DNA of 64,000 bases from NCBI RefSeq assembly GCF_964204645.1, contig NC_134032.1, positions 13,194,275 through 13,258,274 of the forward strand, given 5' to 3'. Source of the stretch: Tubulanus polymorphus. Taxonomy: Eukaryota > Animalia > Nemertea. The notes under the pieces are model-generated. The model was not told the origin of the DNA, did not search any database, and was given only the letters and a program-made list of their open reading frames with translations. Shown here piece after piece: positions 1-12,316 of this stretch (position 1 is its first letter; every line of letters begins with the position of its first letter). The position numbers and the translations under genes were made by a program.

Positions 1-109
1 AGAAATTGTTGATTAAATAAAAAAAATTAAATAATAGAAATAATAAAATAATAAAATCAATTTAATATCTAGAATCCGAAATGACCTATCTGGACAATTT
101 AGTTGCTCC

Positions 110-494
110 TCATAGATAAACAAAAGTAGTGAGATATTTAATTGATTTAAAATATTGTTTAATGAATTTAATTTTTTTTTGCTTTTTTTCTAAAATATTA
201 GTCCATTTTTTGTATAGTGAACTTTGGAATTTCAACAGTAGTAAAATTTCATTTGATCTTTTATACCAACTACATCCAATCAAAATGAATACAATTACAA
301 ATCCAGCTGCAAAATATAGTAGAAATAACAATATTATTACCATTATTATTAACATTTCCATCGTTTATTTTTTCTTTTATAGCTTTTTTGAATTCTCTCG
401 ATTTAATTCCTAATTGCCGAGACCATTCAATTTGTTTTCGAGTTCTCGGTTTTTTCTTCACAGTTAATTCCTTCAATTCTTTTACCACGCTCAT
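110..494 (-). pseudogene. Small Maverick-type protein, basic N-terminus plus transmembrane helix, frameshifted
   Basis: ORF 270-494 (KKKPRTRKQIEWSRQLG) overlaps ORF 110-361 (YFAAGFVIVFILIGCSWYK) in another frame. AATAAATG start context. Confidence 0.5.
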
Positions 495-517
495 TTATTG
501 TAGATAAATTTTTACTT

Positions 518-1039
518 TCAATATTTGAAATAATTTGATGTTATAACTCCAGTTGATAATAGCGTCATAAATCCACCTTATTGAAATGATAAATATCCAA
601 TCCATTTATTTAATTCAGTCGTAACTAAATAATCATTTTTCAAATCGGAATATAATCTATTTTCATCTTGAATTGGTAGCATATAATTACATAATTTACT
701 ATAACCTTTTACTACATTTTCTGATATTGCATCATTGATTCTAGCTATTCTTGCAGTTTCATAGATCTTAAATAATTTAATAATTTGGTCTGGTTTCATT
801 GTATCTAATTCATTATACGTTAAATTCTTACCAATAAAATTTTTACATTTTCCAGACGCTATAAATATTTCTAATTGATGTTTGCAATAAAGATTATATT
901 CAAAATTATTATTTGTAGTAATATCATTTAACGTACTATTATCTGGAGTTAATTTTGTTTCTGATATACCTATATCATCCAAAGTTTTTTCAATTTGAAC
1001 ATCACTATTCTAAGATTTTATTTTCTTTTCACCTCCCAT
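518..1039 (-). pseudogene. Conserved hypothetical Maverick/adintovirus-type protein next to the ATPase, with in-frame stops
   Basis: ATG at 1039 (TATAAATG context): MGGEKKIKS*NSDVQ...FIGKNLTYNELDTM...LFKIYE...LYSDLKNDYLV...SFQ*GGFMTLLSTGVITSNYF. One frame, two premature stops. Family resemblance recalled, not searched. Confidence 0.6.
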
Positions 1040-1111
1040 TTATATAACAAAATAATTAGTTGTGTTGTTGCAACTAGAATTTAACTAGAATGTAAATAAA
1101 AATATAATAGA

Positions 1112-1736
1112 TTAAAAAGCTAGTTGAATTTGAATGAATTCATATTTAAATGGGTGTTGTAATCGAAATGGTAATTTAGATCTTTTATTATTTTTCAATT
1201 TAACCATATATTCATTATGTAAATCATGCGGAATAATAAAATTTTCCTCAAGCGCATTTTTCATTGATTTTCTATCTTTATTGTAGAATAATACTAAAAA
1301 TCTAATGTTTTCTCTAAAATCTTTAACAATTGAATTATATTTTTGATTTTAATCCCACGTTGTTATCCCAAAATGTCTCCCAGAGAAAGCTAAATTACAT
1401 AGTTCACTTTCTCTAATTTTTGAATCATGTAAATTTGCACAATCATCTATGATAAATAATGTATTTGTTCCTTTATAAATATCAATTGCTATTTTAATAC
1501 AATTTTCTAAATTTTCTTTAACTGTTTTAGGATCTAATACAATAAATTTATCATTTCAAGTAATATTTCTATCATAAGTTTGATTAGATTCATACGTTGG
1601 ACAAAATAATACTACATTATCAAAATAGTTTTTACAAATAGTTTCTAATAAATTTAATATAAAATAAGTTTTTCCGCAATTTGTTACACCAGAAATTAAC
1701 ATATTATGAGGTTCAAATATAAATAATTCTTTTGAA
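1112..1736 (-). pseudogene. A32-like (FtsK/HerA superfamily) viral DNA-packaging ATPase, copy A
   Basis: One frame gives Walker A GVTNCGKT, Walker B LFIIDDCA, arginine finger FSGRHFGITTW and sensor NQKY..IVKDFREN. In-frame stops at 1556-1558 and 1349-1351. Confidence 0.9.
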
Positions 1737-1904
1737 CTAAAATAAAACTTTTGATGTTTGTACAGCATCTTTTCTGGATAGTTGAAAACATACATAACGA
1801 CTGAAAATATCAATTATATTTAATATCCACCAATAATCATCATTATCTTTCTTAAGATTTTCCATATCAATCAAATCACCCTGCCACTGTTGATCTACAT
1901 AATT
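1737..1904 (-). pseudogene. Maverick c-integrase (rve) fragment containing the first catalytic Asp
   Basis: Frame absent from the ORF track: NYVDQQWQGDLIDMENLKKDNDDYWWILNIIDIFSRYVCFQL, matching the WQADLxDM...ILxxIDxFSRY signature. Abuts the ATPase directly, implying an internal deletion. Confidence 0.85.
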
Positions 1905-2015
1905 CTTACCATAGTAGTTGTCGAATAAACACTATAATCCGTGTAAACTGTAGATAAATGAAGAAATCCCACTCTTCGAATTTAAAATTATACGATTAAA
2001 TTTATTATTATGAAA

Positions 2016-2057
2016 CCACAACGTTTCGGCCGTTGACTAACAGCCATCATCAGGTGG
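2016..2057 (-). ncRNA. Minimal type I hammerhead ribozyme motif (Penelope-like element type)
   Basis: Minus strand: ccac-CUGAUGA-u-ggcuguu-aguc-aacggcc-GAAA-CG-UU-gugg. Stem I 4 bp, stem II 7 bp, palindromic AACGUU in place of helix III. Confidence 0.75.
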
Positions 2058-2367
2058 AATGACCAGAAAAACAAGTTACAAAGCATATAAACTCACAGGA
2101 TCTAAAATAGAAGCAGTGTGTCAAAACTAAAGATAAACAGACCAAACAATAAAACATCAAGGGGTACCGTGGAAACCACAGCAATTCTAAACAAACTAAA
2201 GAGTAAAAACAAATTATGTAACTAAGTGAAGTGGACTGAAGAGGGTGGCGATAACAGAGTGACATCCACCCAAATCTAATAAAGAGTTGATGTGTCTGGA
2301 TAATAATTGGTTATGTGGAGAAAAACCAGTATAAAATCCAAAACATTTTCATTTTCATCATCTAACT

Positions 2368-2727
2368 TTATTTTAATTTTATTAAACTCTCACTTTTTAT
2401 GAATCTAACTGAAAATGTATCTTCACTTCTAATTTTTATTCGTGCTTTTCTACTAATATCTTGCGCTAATGTTTCTAAATTATATAATCCTGGTGTTAGC
2501 ATAAGATGGACCCATTTATGATTACTTTTATTAAAAATTAAAAAGGCTCTATGATCATCAGTTTTATCTGATACATTATAAAAAGAGTTACATAAACTTT
2601 CATTTACTAATTCTAAATCTACACAATTTTTAAATTCTCTATCTAATTGTACTAGTAAATTATGTGATTTTGAATTTGTGAGTTTTCTGGAATAAACAAA
2701 TATTCTATATTCTTTTAATTCAATCAT
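2368..2727 (-). pseudogene. Probable minor capsid (penton) protein N-terminal part, truncated, copy A
   Basis: IFVYSRK...LLVQLDREFKNCVDLELV...CNSFYNV...LTPGLYNLETLAQDI resembles the N-terminal pattern of Polinton-like/NCLDV pentons. Located in the same AT-rich relic. Confidence 0.55.
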
Positions 2728-4857
2728 TATTCATTACACAAAAAATTACCTCGAACCACTAAAAATTAATTTTAATAAAATTTTTCCTAAATAAATGGAA
2801 GATTGTGTTGTGCCAAACTGTAGACATTCCGAAGAATTATTCAATAAACATATCCTGTATTCGTAAATGTCGTTTGTATCAGTGTCAGCGTCTTGGTCTA
2901 ACCACTCATTTCGGGGAAGTTCCGGACCAACTAAATAAGTTAAGGTTGGAGCCAAAATAATGGAAAATCTTCTCTCAAGTAAGTGACGGACTCGAAACGG
3001 TAAATCGTATTCGGGGGCACCCGTACGAATTCCACTGTTTTGGCGATTTCAGATTCGGCCAAAATATTGATCAACGTATGAAAGATTCTTGCATATGATT
3101 AACGACGCGAACATACACATACATTTCAATTTTCCAATTTCGTTCCGGAGCTGGGAAAATAATCAGTGCGAGTCGTCACTCAATAGAAAGAATTCGACTA
3201 CGCATTACGTGCTTACCTCATTATAAGCTTATGTGGTAAATAAAGTTGATCCAAACTTTCATTTCAAATAATTTGAATTAAACGGATTCTATATCTACGT
3301 TGGCTAAATATCCATTCGATGGATGTAGCCTAGCTCTAGTGTCGATGAATCCCATGACGGGGTAAGTTCTACAAGACAAAATCTAAACTGAGCTAAAATC
3401 TCGAATGTGAACCATACAATCGAATAGAATCGTTTATTTCTCACTAAGCAAACTTGGCACATGTAGAAGATACAAGAATCGATACGATAGAAATTTATCA
3501 TTTACAAAACTTTAAAAACAAACGAAAATGAAAAATAGGATAGAATTGATAACAGAGATAATATACGTATATGTACTTCAGTAATTTGAGGCCAACATTA
3601 ACACATCTAGCGAGTTAAGCGGTTATTAGGATATCACTATTTGCAGCATTAAGTAATTAGATAGTGTCAGGTCTATTATGAACCTCTCGCCCCTGAAAGT
3701 ATATATGGAATCGAAACGAAACGACTGTTGACACATTGTTTTATATCATTAATACATGTTACCTTCATATTTTTCTACTCGTAACCGAAGGTCAATATCA
3801 TTGACGTGCAAACGGAAACCGATATTACAGCAGCAATTAGCTTGTACTTATAATATAAAATGTGAGTGCGAAAAAAAGTACAACGTTTCAAATTTCGAAA
3901 GCACTCGACATTACATTATAGTCTCTATACGTAAACGGGAAGCAATTGACACTTTTTTCGCGATCTTTCATATGCGTGCAAAAGTAAATAGAATAAATGC
4001 TGAATAAACTTCAAAGAAAATAGATGGATCGGAAATGTACGGTTAACAGATTTTGTTGTTAAATCTACAATATTGTTGGTCTTTTACATACACTCCCAGG
4101 CGGGCCAATGTGCGTTTAACCTACGAGCAATCATCTCAACCTAGGATAATTCAGATGGTTCAGATATTTGCTCGTAGGTTTAACTAATGACGCATTGTTT
4201 GAATGAATTCCCAGTGTAGGAGGACTGTGTGGGCCTGTTTGATTTTTGATGTACCTGTTCAGGTGTTCAGATACGTCGTTCCACAAGGCATAACGCATCA
4301 GTTTCATCAGAGTTTTGTTCTATATAAAAAACAATCCAACTTAATCAAATAATCTGCACAGTCACCCGAGTTATACATGCTGAATAAACACTGGGGATTT
4401 TAATAAATTCGAGTCCCAATGTAGCATATGAAAAAACAACTTTTTTTGAATACATCTCTGTAGATGGAAACGAGAAATATTTCAGAAACATCGGGAAAAC
4501 TGCATTTTATAGTCGAAAACTGAAATAACAACCTTAAGTTTCGCCCCCGAGAATCGACCATCGCTGATAACATACCTGTAACGCTGCGGACATCGTGTAG
4601 GACACTACTCGTATAGTGTTACAACTGCAAGGAATCTGTTTCCTTAATAATAATGACTCATAGCATCGAGTATAGTTAAATATGATACAATATAATAGAT
4701 AATACAAAATTTCATTCGCGAAATAGTGAGGTCCTAGATGGATTTCAATGTTGGGACTAGGGCTCGTTGCAGAATTAAGCATATCCAACGCTAGGTTGAT
4801 GTTACGGTGGCGCCTGGTCATTGCTCCGCGTTGCGTTCTATCGCTGATTGAAAAGTC

Positions 4858-4967
4858 TATAAAGCTGTCACACGTGATACCTGAAATACGTCGATCACTC
4901 GTTGTTTACTGCAGTTCTTAGTGAATGTGAATGTTTTTTCATCGTTAAGATTACGAATCAGGTAAGC
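4858..4967 (+). promoter_or_regulatory. Putative core promoter and non-coding first exon of FkbM gene 1
   Basis: TATAAAG at 4858, CACGTG at 4871, TCACTC initiator-like motif at 4895, CAG|GTAAGC donor at 4961/4962. Retained in all three units (donors at 13792 and 20411). Matching acceptor CCAACAG at 7747. Confidence 0.5.
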
Positions 4968-6426
4968 CGAAATGCGCTGACGGGGCCCATTTTACCCGAA
5001 AGACTTAACAGTTTTTATAGATCTTTTAAAGTATGTGGTCGTGAACTTTGAAATGCCTTCCACTGATTTGAAATGATAGAAAATTCGACGGTTTTTAAAT
5101 TGATACCATGTCTATAGGTCTAAATGATTAGTAAAGAATAAATAGTTTCAAGTCGGAAATAGGTGTAGGTCTCGCGTTTGACAGTCGAGATTATACTTGG
5201 TACTTTGGAACTCATTTTATAATTTACATTCAAAGTATATTGAAAATTCGGCTCTTCGCTCACAGTCGGAGTTGTAGAAAATCTCGAAGTCACATAAACA
5301 TCGCACCACTTATTGTGATTTATGGTACCAATAAAACCAAAATGAGACATCTTGATTCGAGAAAATAATGTTCACTAATTATTCAATATTTCTCATTCTT
5401 TTTATTTCATTGACTTCGATTACAAATCTACCACACCTGCCGGGAAAGAAACAGGGGGTTTGGTTTTGAAATCGAAAATCGAAAGTCGAGTACAGATTAA
5501 GTTGGATGATCGGTCCAATTTACTTGGAAATTTTGGTACCGGTACAATCTTCTAAGCAGCCTGAACCGGCAAGCGACTGATTAGCGTTATATGTCTTGTT
5601 CATGATACATGTATTTCAGTTATTATGTGAACGTAATTCCGAATGCCTTGTTATTTTCTATATCGAAAATAAAACCAACTTCTGTTCTTAAAAACGATCA
5701 ATTTGACACCGACCGGCAGCCATCTCTCGATTATTCATTATTGATTAACATTATTTTACCGTTGCGTTCATACAATGCGATATATAGGTACGTTACATGC
5801 AAGTTTGCGCTGTTACATTTGCCAATAACGGATAACATGAAATGTAAGAACAAGCCAGCGAGTATGGTACGAATAAAGCCGGTGCTTGTGCCGGTGCAAG
5901 AGTTATATAAGAAAAAAAAAAGAAAAACTTAGAGGAAGTAATGAAACATATTATGTTAAAATACAATGACAGCATCTATCTATATCTTAAAGTGAGTAGT
6001 AAGTTCGACGGTTCTTAATCAAAGAGAAATGATTTGATGAAGAGCCATATATCGAATAAAGAAATAAAGAAATATCCATGTTGAATGACATAGAATGTTC
6101 GATCAAATTAGTAGACGGCTAAAAGTAACTTTCAGATTTAAGATGAAAGGGATATGCATTTCAAATACCATAGGACCTTGAATTTCAAGACTGTATTTTC
6201 TTGATTAACGCTGTATCGTTCTGGAATTATGTTTGAATTTTTTTAATCTAGTTTCTCGGACCAATGCCCAAGGCGCCTATCTTTGGAACTTTATTCTATG
6301 TAAGAACATCGACAGGTTTTGCGAATAACCTGGCTTATTCATAAAGTTAGCAACTGTGTTTAGGCTGGGATTGGTGGATATTTCACTTCTTTCTCTGTTG
6401 TAAAAGGGACATATACATAGAACATG

Positions 6427-7084
6427 GTTATGACCGCGGCATTTCACTCTCAAAGAGCCAGTATCAACAACAATTTAATTGATACTGACAGCTTTAAGTG
6501 GTCAAACTCACACTGAGCATCGCTGCTTAGCTGGACCCCAGCTGCTTGTTACTATGGTTACAGGCAAGAGTGAATAAAGAGCAAAACTTTTCCACACTTA
6601 ATCCAAGAAAATGAAGTAATAAGCAATGAAAATTCAGTTTTGAAGTCTTGTTGCATTCAAGAGTGAATATTTTCGCTGGATGCTGAAGTCAGTGTTTACA
6701 TTATGAAGTGTCAAAACCAATTTCCAAGTTGAAAGATTATATTTAGACGGTGTTTCAAGCAAAACAACAGCACTCGACTTATGAGATGATTCCAGATTAT
6801 ATATGCTCACACTCTGAGGAGTTTATAGATGTACAAAATCAATCAGATTGAATTTGCCACATGACATGATTATTCCCAAAATGAAACTAAAAAATTCAAG
6901 AAAGGATTTTGTAAATTATAAAAATTGGAATTTTATATCCTTTAATGAATGGCCAGGATGGTATGTTATTCACTCTTGAATGCAGTAGTCGCTTGACCTC
7001 AATTTCTCGTAAGGCTGAGTGATAGAAACCACAGGGATCCCGATATGTTAGTGTAACAACTCTTTGATGCGCCGCGGTCATAAC
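6427..7084. mobile_element. Non-autonomous element with 14-bp inverted repeat, inserted in an old LINE remnant (unit 1)
   Basis: GTTATGACCGCGGC ... GCCGCGGTCATAAC. Absent at the equivalent site in unit 3 (~25753-25840), where the LINE remnant is continuous. Confidence 0.65.
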
Positions 7085-7761
7085 TACTGGGATAGACTTT
7101 ACACGCAGATCAATGATAATGTACCGTCTTCCTAGAGATTTACGAAAAAGTACACTCATTTTAGACGGTTGCCGACCTAACTCAGGTTACGATTCGTTAT
7201 AACGACTGGAGCATTATCAGAACGCATAAAAACACTGGCCATTTATTCTCCTCATTTCGTTATTCTCCTTATTATCGAGGTGATGAAAATCAGCAGAATT
7301 GTAATGTACTCTAATTAACGAAATAACTGCGCTCCTTCAGATATAAACTCTATCAGACGTCACAGTTTGGATGCAATGTACACGTTTGTACGAAGTGAGG
7401 TAATATCGAATTTACGCCTCAATGCCACCCGACGCTTAACTGGCCCTTTTAATCTCGACGACTTATGTATCGAACTTGTTGATAGCTTCGAACGCGATGC
7501 GTGTGACACGAGGGTACTCGACATTGTGTTGCGCGATGGTAGGGTAACGAATATCAATCATTTAGCTTTCGTTTTTACATAAAGGTAGATGTACCGAACG
7601 TATTTCGTATTGGAATGAAACTGGGTGAAGGACGGAGAGGCCGATGTATAAACTGGGCTATTAATGTTACATCCCGTCACGAGAAGCGAGGTATAAACCT
7701 TTATAGTCATATGTTTGATTTCTTTTTCATTTTCTTTTATCCAACAGGTGAACAAAGAATA

Positions 7762-8793
7762 ATGACCGATTGTCAAAGATCTCCGCTGAAAATCTGCACT
7801 ATAGTTGTCAGTATTTTAGCAGTAGGTTCTTTGCTGTTTTCCTACACGCAATTCGAGATTTCTAATTTGACTAAGCATAATTCGCTAGCTGGAGTAGTCT
7901 ATAAATACATTACGGTAAGATCAAATGCGCTAATGGTCTATCCACTGGACGTCAAAGAACCGGACTCGCCGGAAATACCGTGTACAATGCGAAAAACCAA
8001 ATATTCCGGGTCGACTCCAATATGCGTTTACAAAGCGACAGTTGACACAGTCGTGTCCAAGGCTATATTGATAAACGGGGCTTGGGAACCTCACCTAACC
8101 GAACTTATGGAGGAACTTTTCCGTCGCGATCCTAATTTGAACTTGTTCGATTTCGGGTCGAATGTCGGCTCCTTCGCGATAACGGCGCTAAAAAGCGGTC
8201 GTAAAGTCGTCGCGGTCGATCCTAAAGCGGGGAATCTGCGCCGAATCAGAATGTCGATTCATAAAGGTCATCTGACCGGCGCGGTTTTAGTACAGAACGG
8301 TTTATCGGACTTCCGAACAACGGCGACTTTTCACCAAGACCCTGGAAACAACGGCGGGTCATACCTCACCGATACTAAACTGAATAACACACACGGTATA
8401 ATAGCAAAAGTGAAATTTCAAGTTAAAACAATTCTAGTGACCGATTTGATTCCAGTGATTAGATTTAAACGAGCTATGATTAAAATTGATATTCAGGGTT
8501 TCGAACTGAAGGCGTTTCAACATCTCGAGTCGTTTTTAAAAACGGTAGATATTCCGTTTATACTGATGGAATGGATCTGGGTGAAGGTCGGAGAGACTGG
8601 TAATCGTATGGTAGCGCTGATGTATAAACTGGGCTATCAATGTTTCATTCCATCAATAAATGGAGCTGCGTGTCCGGGTAATGAACACACTAAATGGCCG
8701 TATGACGTAGTTTGGGTGAGAACTAATGCCACTGTTTACCCTGGAGCATATGAAGCTATTCGTATATGGAACGGGAAACCAAAACCTTCCTAG
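7762..8793 (+). CDS. FkbM/Methyltransf_21-family SAM-dependent methyltransferase, type II membrane anchor, 1 catalytic module (343 aa)
   Basis: Polypyrimidine tract plus CAG acceptor at 7747, then ATG 7762. TM helix ICTIVVSILAVGSLLFSY. Motifs GAWEP, DFGSNVG, VVAVDP, KIDIQGFE, ILMEW. Confidence 0.9.
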   Translation: MTDCQRSPLKICTIVVSILAVGSLLFSYTQFEISNLTKHNSLAGVVYKYITVRSNALMVYPLDVKEPDSPEIPCTMRKTKYSGSTPICVYKATVDTVVSKAILINGAWEPHLTELMEELFRRDPNLNLFDFGSNVGSFAITALKSGRKVVAVDPKAGNLRRIRMSIHKGHLTGAVLVQNGLSDFRTTATFHQDPGNNGGSYLTDTKLNNTHGIIAKVKFQVKTILVTDLIPVIRFKRAMIKIDIQGFELKAFQHLESFLKTVDIPFILMEWIWVKVGETGNRMVALMYKLGYQCFIPSINGAACPGNEHTKWPYDVVWVRTNATVYPGAYEAIRIWNGKPKPS

Positions 8794-9104
8794 AGAGAGA
8801 TACCGGTCAGGTGTTCTTTGAATATATATTCTTGTACACAAATTTCGATTTATATACATCACGAAGCTAAAACTGCAATTTTTGCCAAGTGAAAATGATA
8901 TCTTAAATGATATCTGCGAGAAAACAGGCATTTTGCTGTCACCAACTTCTGACGTGCCATTCGGGTATAGATTCAATACATCTGTCTCGATTTATATGAA
9001 TGGTTGTTTGGTTAGCATGCATGGACGTATAAGCTAGATGAAGAAAGAACTCCACAATGGTTATGATTATTTGACCTAATTCTATTCTTCCGGAAAAGCT
9101 GATT

Positions 9105-9200
9105 TCTTAAGCAGTTTTTTACAAAAGAGCGGTTAGCGTCAATAATGACAATTTATTCCGCCTTAAATTTATATAAAATATCATCGTGTTTACAAGCAAT
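9105..9200 (-). pseudogene. Possible viral-type phospholipase A2 fragment
   Basis: IACKHDDILYKFKAE*IVIIDANRSFVKNCL (ANRCF in the copy at ~18850-18945). One base from CxxHDxxY and one base from ADxxF. Confidence 0.35.
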
Positions 9201-9277
9201 TGGGATATCAGTGGTCCATCCAGAGGTCGTGAGGTCAACACACCACTCGCCACCACAACTAATTTTTTTTCTTATAA

Positions 9278-9604
9278 ATGGGAGATAGAAAAGCATTCTT
9301 AGCGAAAATAAATAACAAAATAAAACCAGCAAAAAAACAATTTGAAATAAAAAAGTTAGCCGATGTTACAAAAGAAATTGAACATAAAATATTAAAATTA
9401 GAAAAGATAAAAACTAAATATGGAGAGAAAGTATCTGCAAATTTAAGTTACTGTAATGTTAGTACTACACGAGAATTTAAAGTATTTGTACCTGATAAAT
9501 GGGTTTCATTGAGTAAAGAGGAATTAACAGATTTAGAAGGATTTAAAATAATCTATCATGGAAAAAATGAAGACGGTCATCATGATTTAGAAATTGTTGA
9601 TTAA
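9278..9604 (+). CDS. Hypothetical 108-aa Maverick-associated protein (KTKYGEKV...VFVP motif), intact
   Basis: Open ORF with TATAAATG start. Its 3' end is also seen at 1-16. The copy at 19023-19348 has a premature stop. Confidence 0.55.
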   Translation: MGDRKAFLAKINNKIKPAKKQFEIKKLADVTKEIEHKILKLEKIKTKYGEKVSANLSYCNVSTTREFKVFVPDKWVSLSKEELTDLEGFKIIYHGKNEDGHHDLEIVD

Positions 9605-10106
9605 ATAAAAAAAATTAAATAATAGAAATAATAAAATAATAAAATCAATTTAATATCTAGAATCCGAAATGACCTATCTGGACAATTTAGTTGCTCCTCA
9701 TAGATAAACAAAAGTAGTGAGATATTTAATTGATTTAAAATATTGTTTAATGAATTTAATTTTTTTTTGCTTTTTTTCTAAAATATTAGTCCATTTTTTT
9801 GTATAGTGAACTTTCGAATTTCAACAGTAGTAAAATTTCATTTGATCTTTTATACCAACTACATCCAATCAAAATGAATACAATTACAAATCCAGCTGCA
9901 AAGTATAGTAGAAATAACAGTATTATTACCGTTATTATTAACATTTCCATTGTTTATTTTTTCTTTTATAGCTTTTTTGAATTCTCTCGATTTAATTCCT
10001 AATTGCCGAGACCATTCAATTTGTTTTCGAGTTCTCGGTTTTTTCTTCACAGTTAATTCCTTCAATTCTTTTACCACGCTCATTTATTGTAGATAAATTT
10101 TTACTT

Positions 10107-10628
10107 TCAATATTTGAAATTATTTGATGTTATAACTCCAGTTGATAATAGCGTCATAAATCCACCTTATTGAAATGATAAATATCCAATCCATTTATTT
10201 AATTCAGTCGTAACTAAATAATCATTTTTCAAATCGGAATATAATCTATTTTCATCTTGAATTGGTAGCATATAATTACATAATTTACTATAACCTTTTA
10301 CTACATTTTCTGATATTGCATCATTGATTCTAGCTATTCTTGCAGTTTCATAGATCTTAAATAATTTAATAATTTGGTCTGGTTTCATTGTATCTAATTC
10401 ATTATACGTTAAATTCTTACCAATAAAATTTTTACATTTTCCAGACGCTATAAATATTTCTAATTGATGTTTGCAATAAAGATTATATTCAAAATTATTA
10501 TTTGTAGTAATATCATTTAACGTACTATTATCTGGAGTTAATTTTGTTTCTGATATACCTAAATCATCCAAAGTTTTTTCAATTTGAACATCACTATTTT
10601 AAGATTTTATTTTCTTTTTACCTCCCAT
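10107..10628 (-). pseudogene. Conserved hypothetical Maverick-type protein, copy B
   Basis: Near-identical to 518-1039, with stops at the same codons. Confidence 0.6.
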
Positions 10629-10700
10629 TTATATAACAAAAGAATTAGTTGTGTTGTTGCAACTAGAATTTAACTAGAATGTAACTAAAAATATAATAGA

Positions 10701-11325
10701 TTAAAAAGCTAGTTGAATTTGAATGAATTCATATTCAAATGGGTGTTGTAATCGAAATGGTAATTTTGATCTTTTATTATTTTTCAATTTAACCATATAT
10801 TCATTATGTAAATCATGCGGAATAATAAAATTTTCCTCAAGCGCATTTTTCATTGATTTTCTATCTTTATTGTAGAATAATACTAAAAATCTAATGTTTT
10901 CTCTAAAATCTTTAACAATTGAATTATATTTTTGATTTTAATCCCACGTTGTTATCCCAAAATGTCTCCCAGAGAAAGCTAAATTACATAGTTCACTTTC
11001 TCTAATTTTTGAATCATGTAAATTTGCACAATCATCTATGATAAATAATGTATTTGTTCCTTTATAAATATCAATTGCTATTTTAATACAATTTCCTAAA
11101 TTTTCTTTAACTGTTTTAGGATCTAATACAATAAATTTATCATTTCAAGTAATATTTCTATTATAAGTTTGATTAAATTCATACGTTGGACAAAATAATA
11201 CTACATTATCAAAATAGTTTTTACAAATAGTTTCTAATAAATTTAATATAAAATAAGTTTTTCCGCAATTTGTTACACCAGAAATTAACATATTATGGGG
11301 TTCAAATATAAATAATTCTTTTGAA
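10701..11325 (-). pseudogene. A32-like packaging ATPase, copy B
   Basis: Same motifs and the same two stops as 1112-1736. Confidence 0.9.
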
Positions 11326-11493
11326 CTAAAATAAAACTTTTGATGTTTGTACAGCATGTTTTCTGGATAGTTGAAAACATACATAACGACTGAAAATATC
11401 AATTATATTTAATATCCACCAATAATCATCATTATCTTTCTTAAGATTTTCCATATCAATCAAATCACCCTGCCACTGTTGATCTACATAATT
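11326..11493 (-). pseudogene. c-integrase fragment, copy B
   Basis: DQQWQGDLIDM...IIDIFSRY, near-identical to 1737-1904. Confidence 0.85.
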
Positions 11494-11604
11494 CTTACCA
11501 TAGTAGTTGTCGAATAAACACTATAATCCGTGTAAACTGTAGATAAATGAAGAAATCCCACTCTTCGAATTTAAAATTATACGATTAAATTTATTATTAT
11601 GAAA

Positions 11605-11646
11605 CCACAACGTTTCGGCCGTTGACTAACAGCCATCATCAGGTGG
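11605..11646 (-). ncRNA. Minimal hammerhead ribozyme motif, duplicate of 2016-2057
   Basis: Identical sequence in unit 2. Confidence 0.75.
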
Positions 11647-11956
11647 AATGACCAGAAAAACAAGTTACAAAGCATATAAACTCACAGGATCTAAAATAGA
11701 AGCAGTGTGTCAAAACTAAAGATAAACAGACCAAACAATAAAACATCAAGGGGTACCGTGGAAACCACAGCAATTCTAAACAAACTAAAGAGTAAAAACA
11801 AATTATGTAACTAAGTGAAGTGGACTGAAGAGGGTGGCGATAACAGAGTGACATCCACCCAAATCTAATAAAGAGTTGATGTGTCTGGATAATAATTGGT
11901 TATGTGGAGAAAAACCAGTATAAAATCCAAAACATTTTCATTTTCATCATCTAACT

Positions 11957-12316
11957 TTATTTTAATTTTATTAAACTCTCACTTTTTATGAATCTAACTG
12001 AAAATGTATCTTCACTTCTAATTTTTATTCGTGCTTTTCTACTAATATCTTGCGCTAATGTTTCTAAATTATATAATCCTGGTGTTAGCATAAGATGGAC
12101 CCATTTATGATTACTTTTATTAAAAATTAAAAAGGCTCTATGATCATCAGTTTTATCTGATACATTATAAAAAGAGTTACATAAACTTTCATTTACTAAT
12201 TCTAAATCTACACAATTTTTAAATTCTCTATCTAATTGTACTAGTAAATTATGTGATTTTGAATTTGTGAGTTTTCTGGAATAAACAAATATTCTATATT
12301 CTTTTAATTCAATCAT
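11957..12316 (-). pseudogene. Probable minor capsid protein fragment, copy B
   Basis: Translation identical to 2368-2727. Confidence 0.55.

Larger units (their letters stand above)
1..2780 (-). mobile_element. Decayed Maverick/Polinton (adintovirus-like) relic, copy A (left part outside window)
   Basis: Very AT-rich, densely packed intronless ORFs: packaging ATPase, rve integrase fragment, penton-like ORF and small hypothetical ORFs with (A)TAAATG starts. No TIR, pPolB or major capsid gene visible. Confidence 0.85.

Noticed and set aside
1740-1813. Track start of the 85-aa ATPase ORF (MIFSVVMYVFNY...)
   Set aside because: This stretch is the integrase fragment read in another frame, fused to the ATPase by deletion.
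7615-7761. N-terminal extensions of the FkbM ORFs in the ORF track (also 16562-16612 and 26345-26458)
   Set aside because: They run through a polypyrimidine tract and CAG acceptor (FDFFFIFFYPTG) and differ in frame between copies. They are intronic; the real start is MTDCQ.
9300-9320. Viral relic supplying the FkbM poly(A) signal (AATAAA at 9307)
   Set aside because: AATAAA is common in such AT-rich DNA and unit 2 has an earlier ATTAAA; unsupported without 3' end data.
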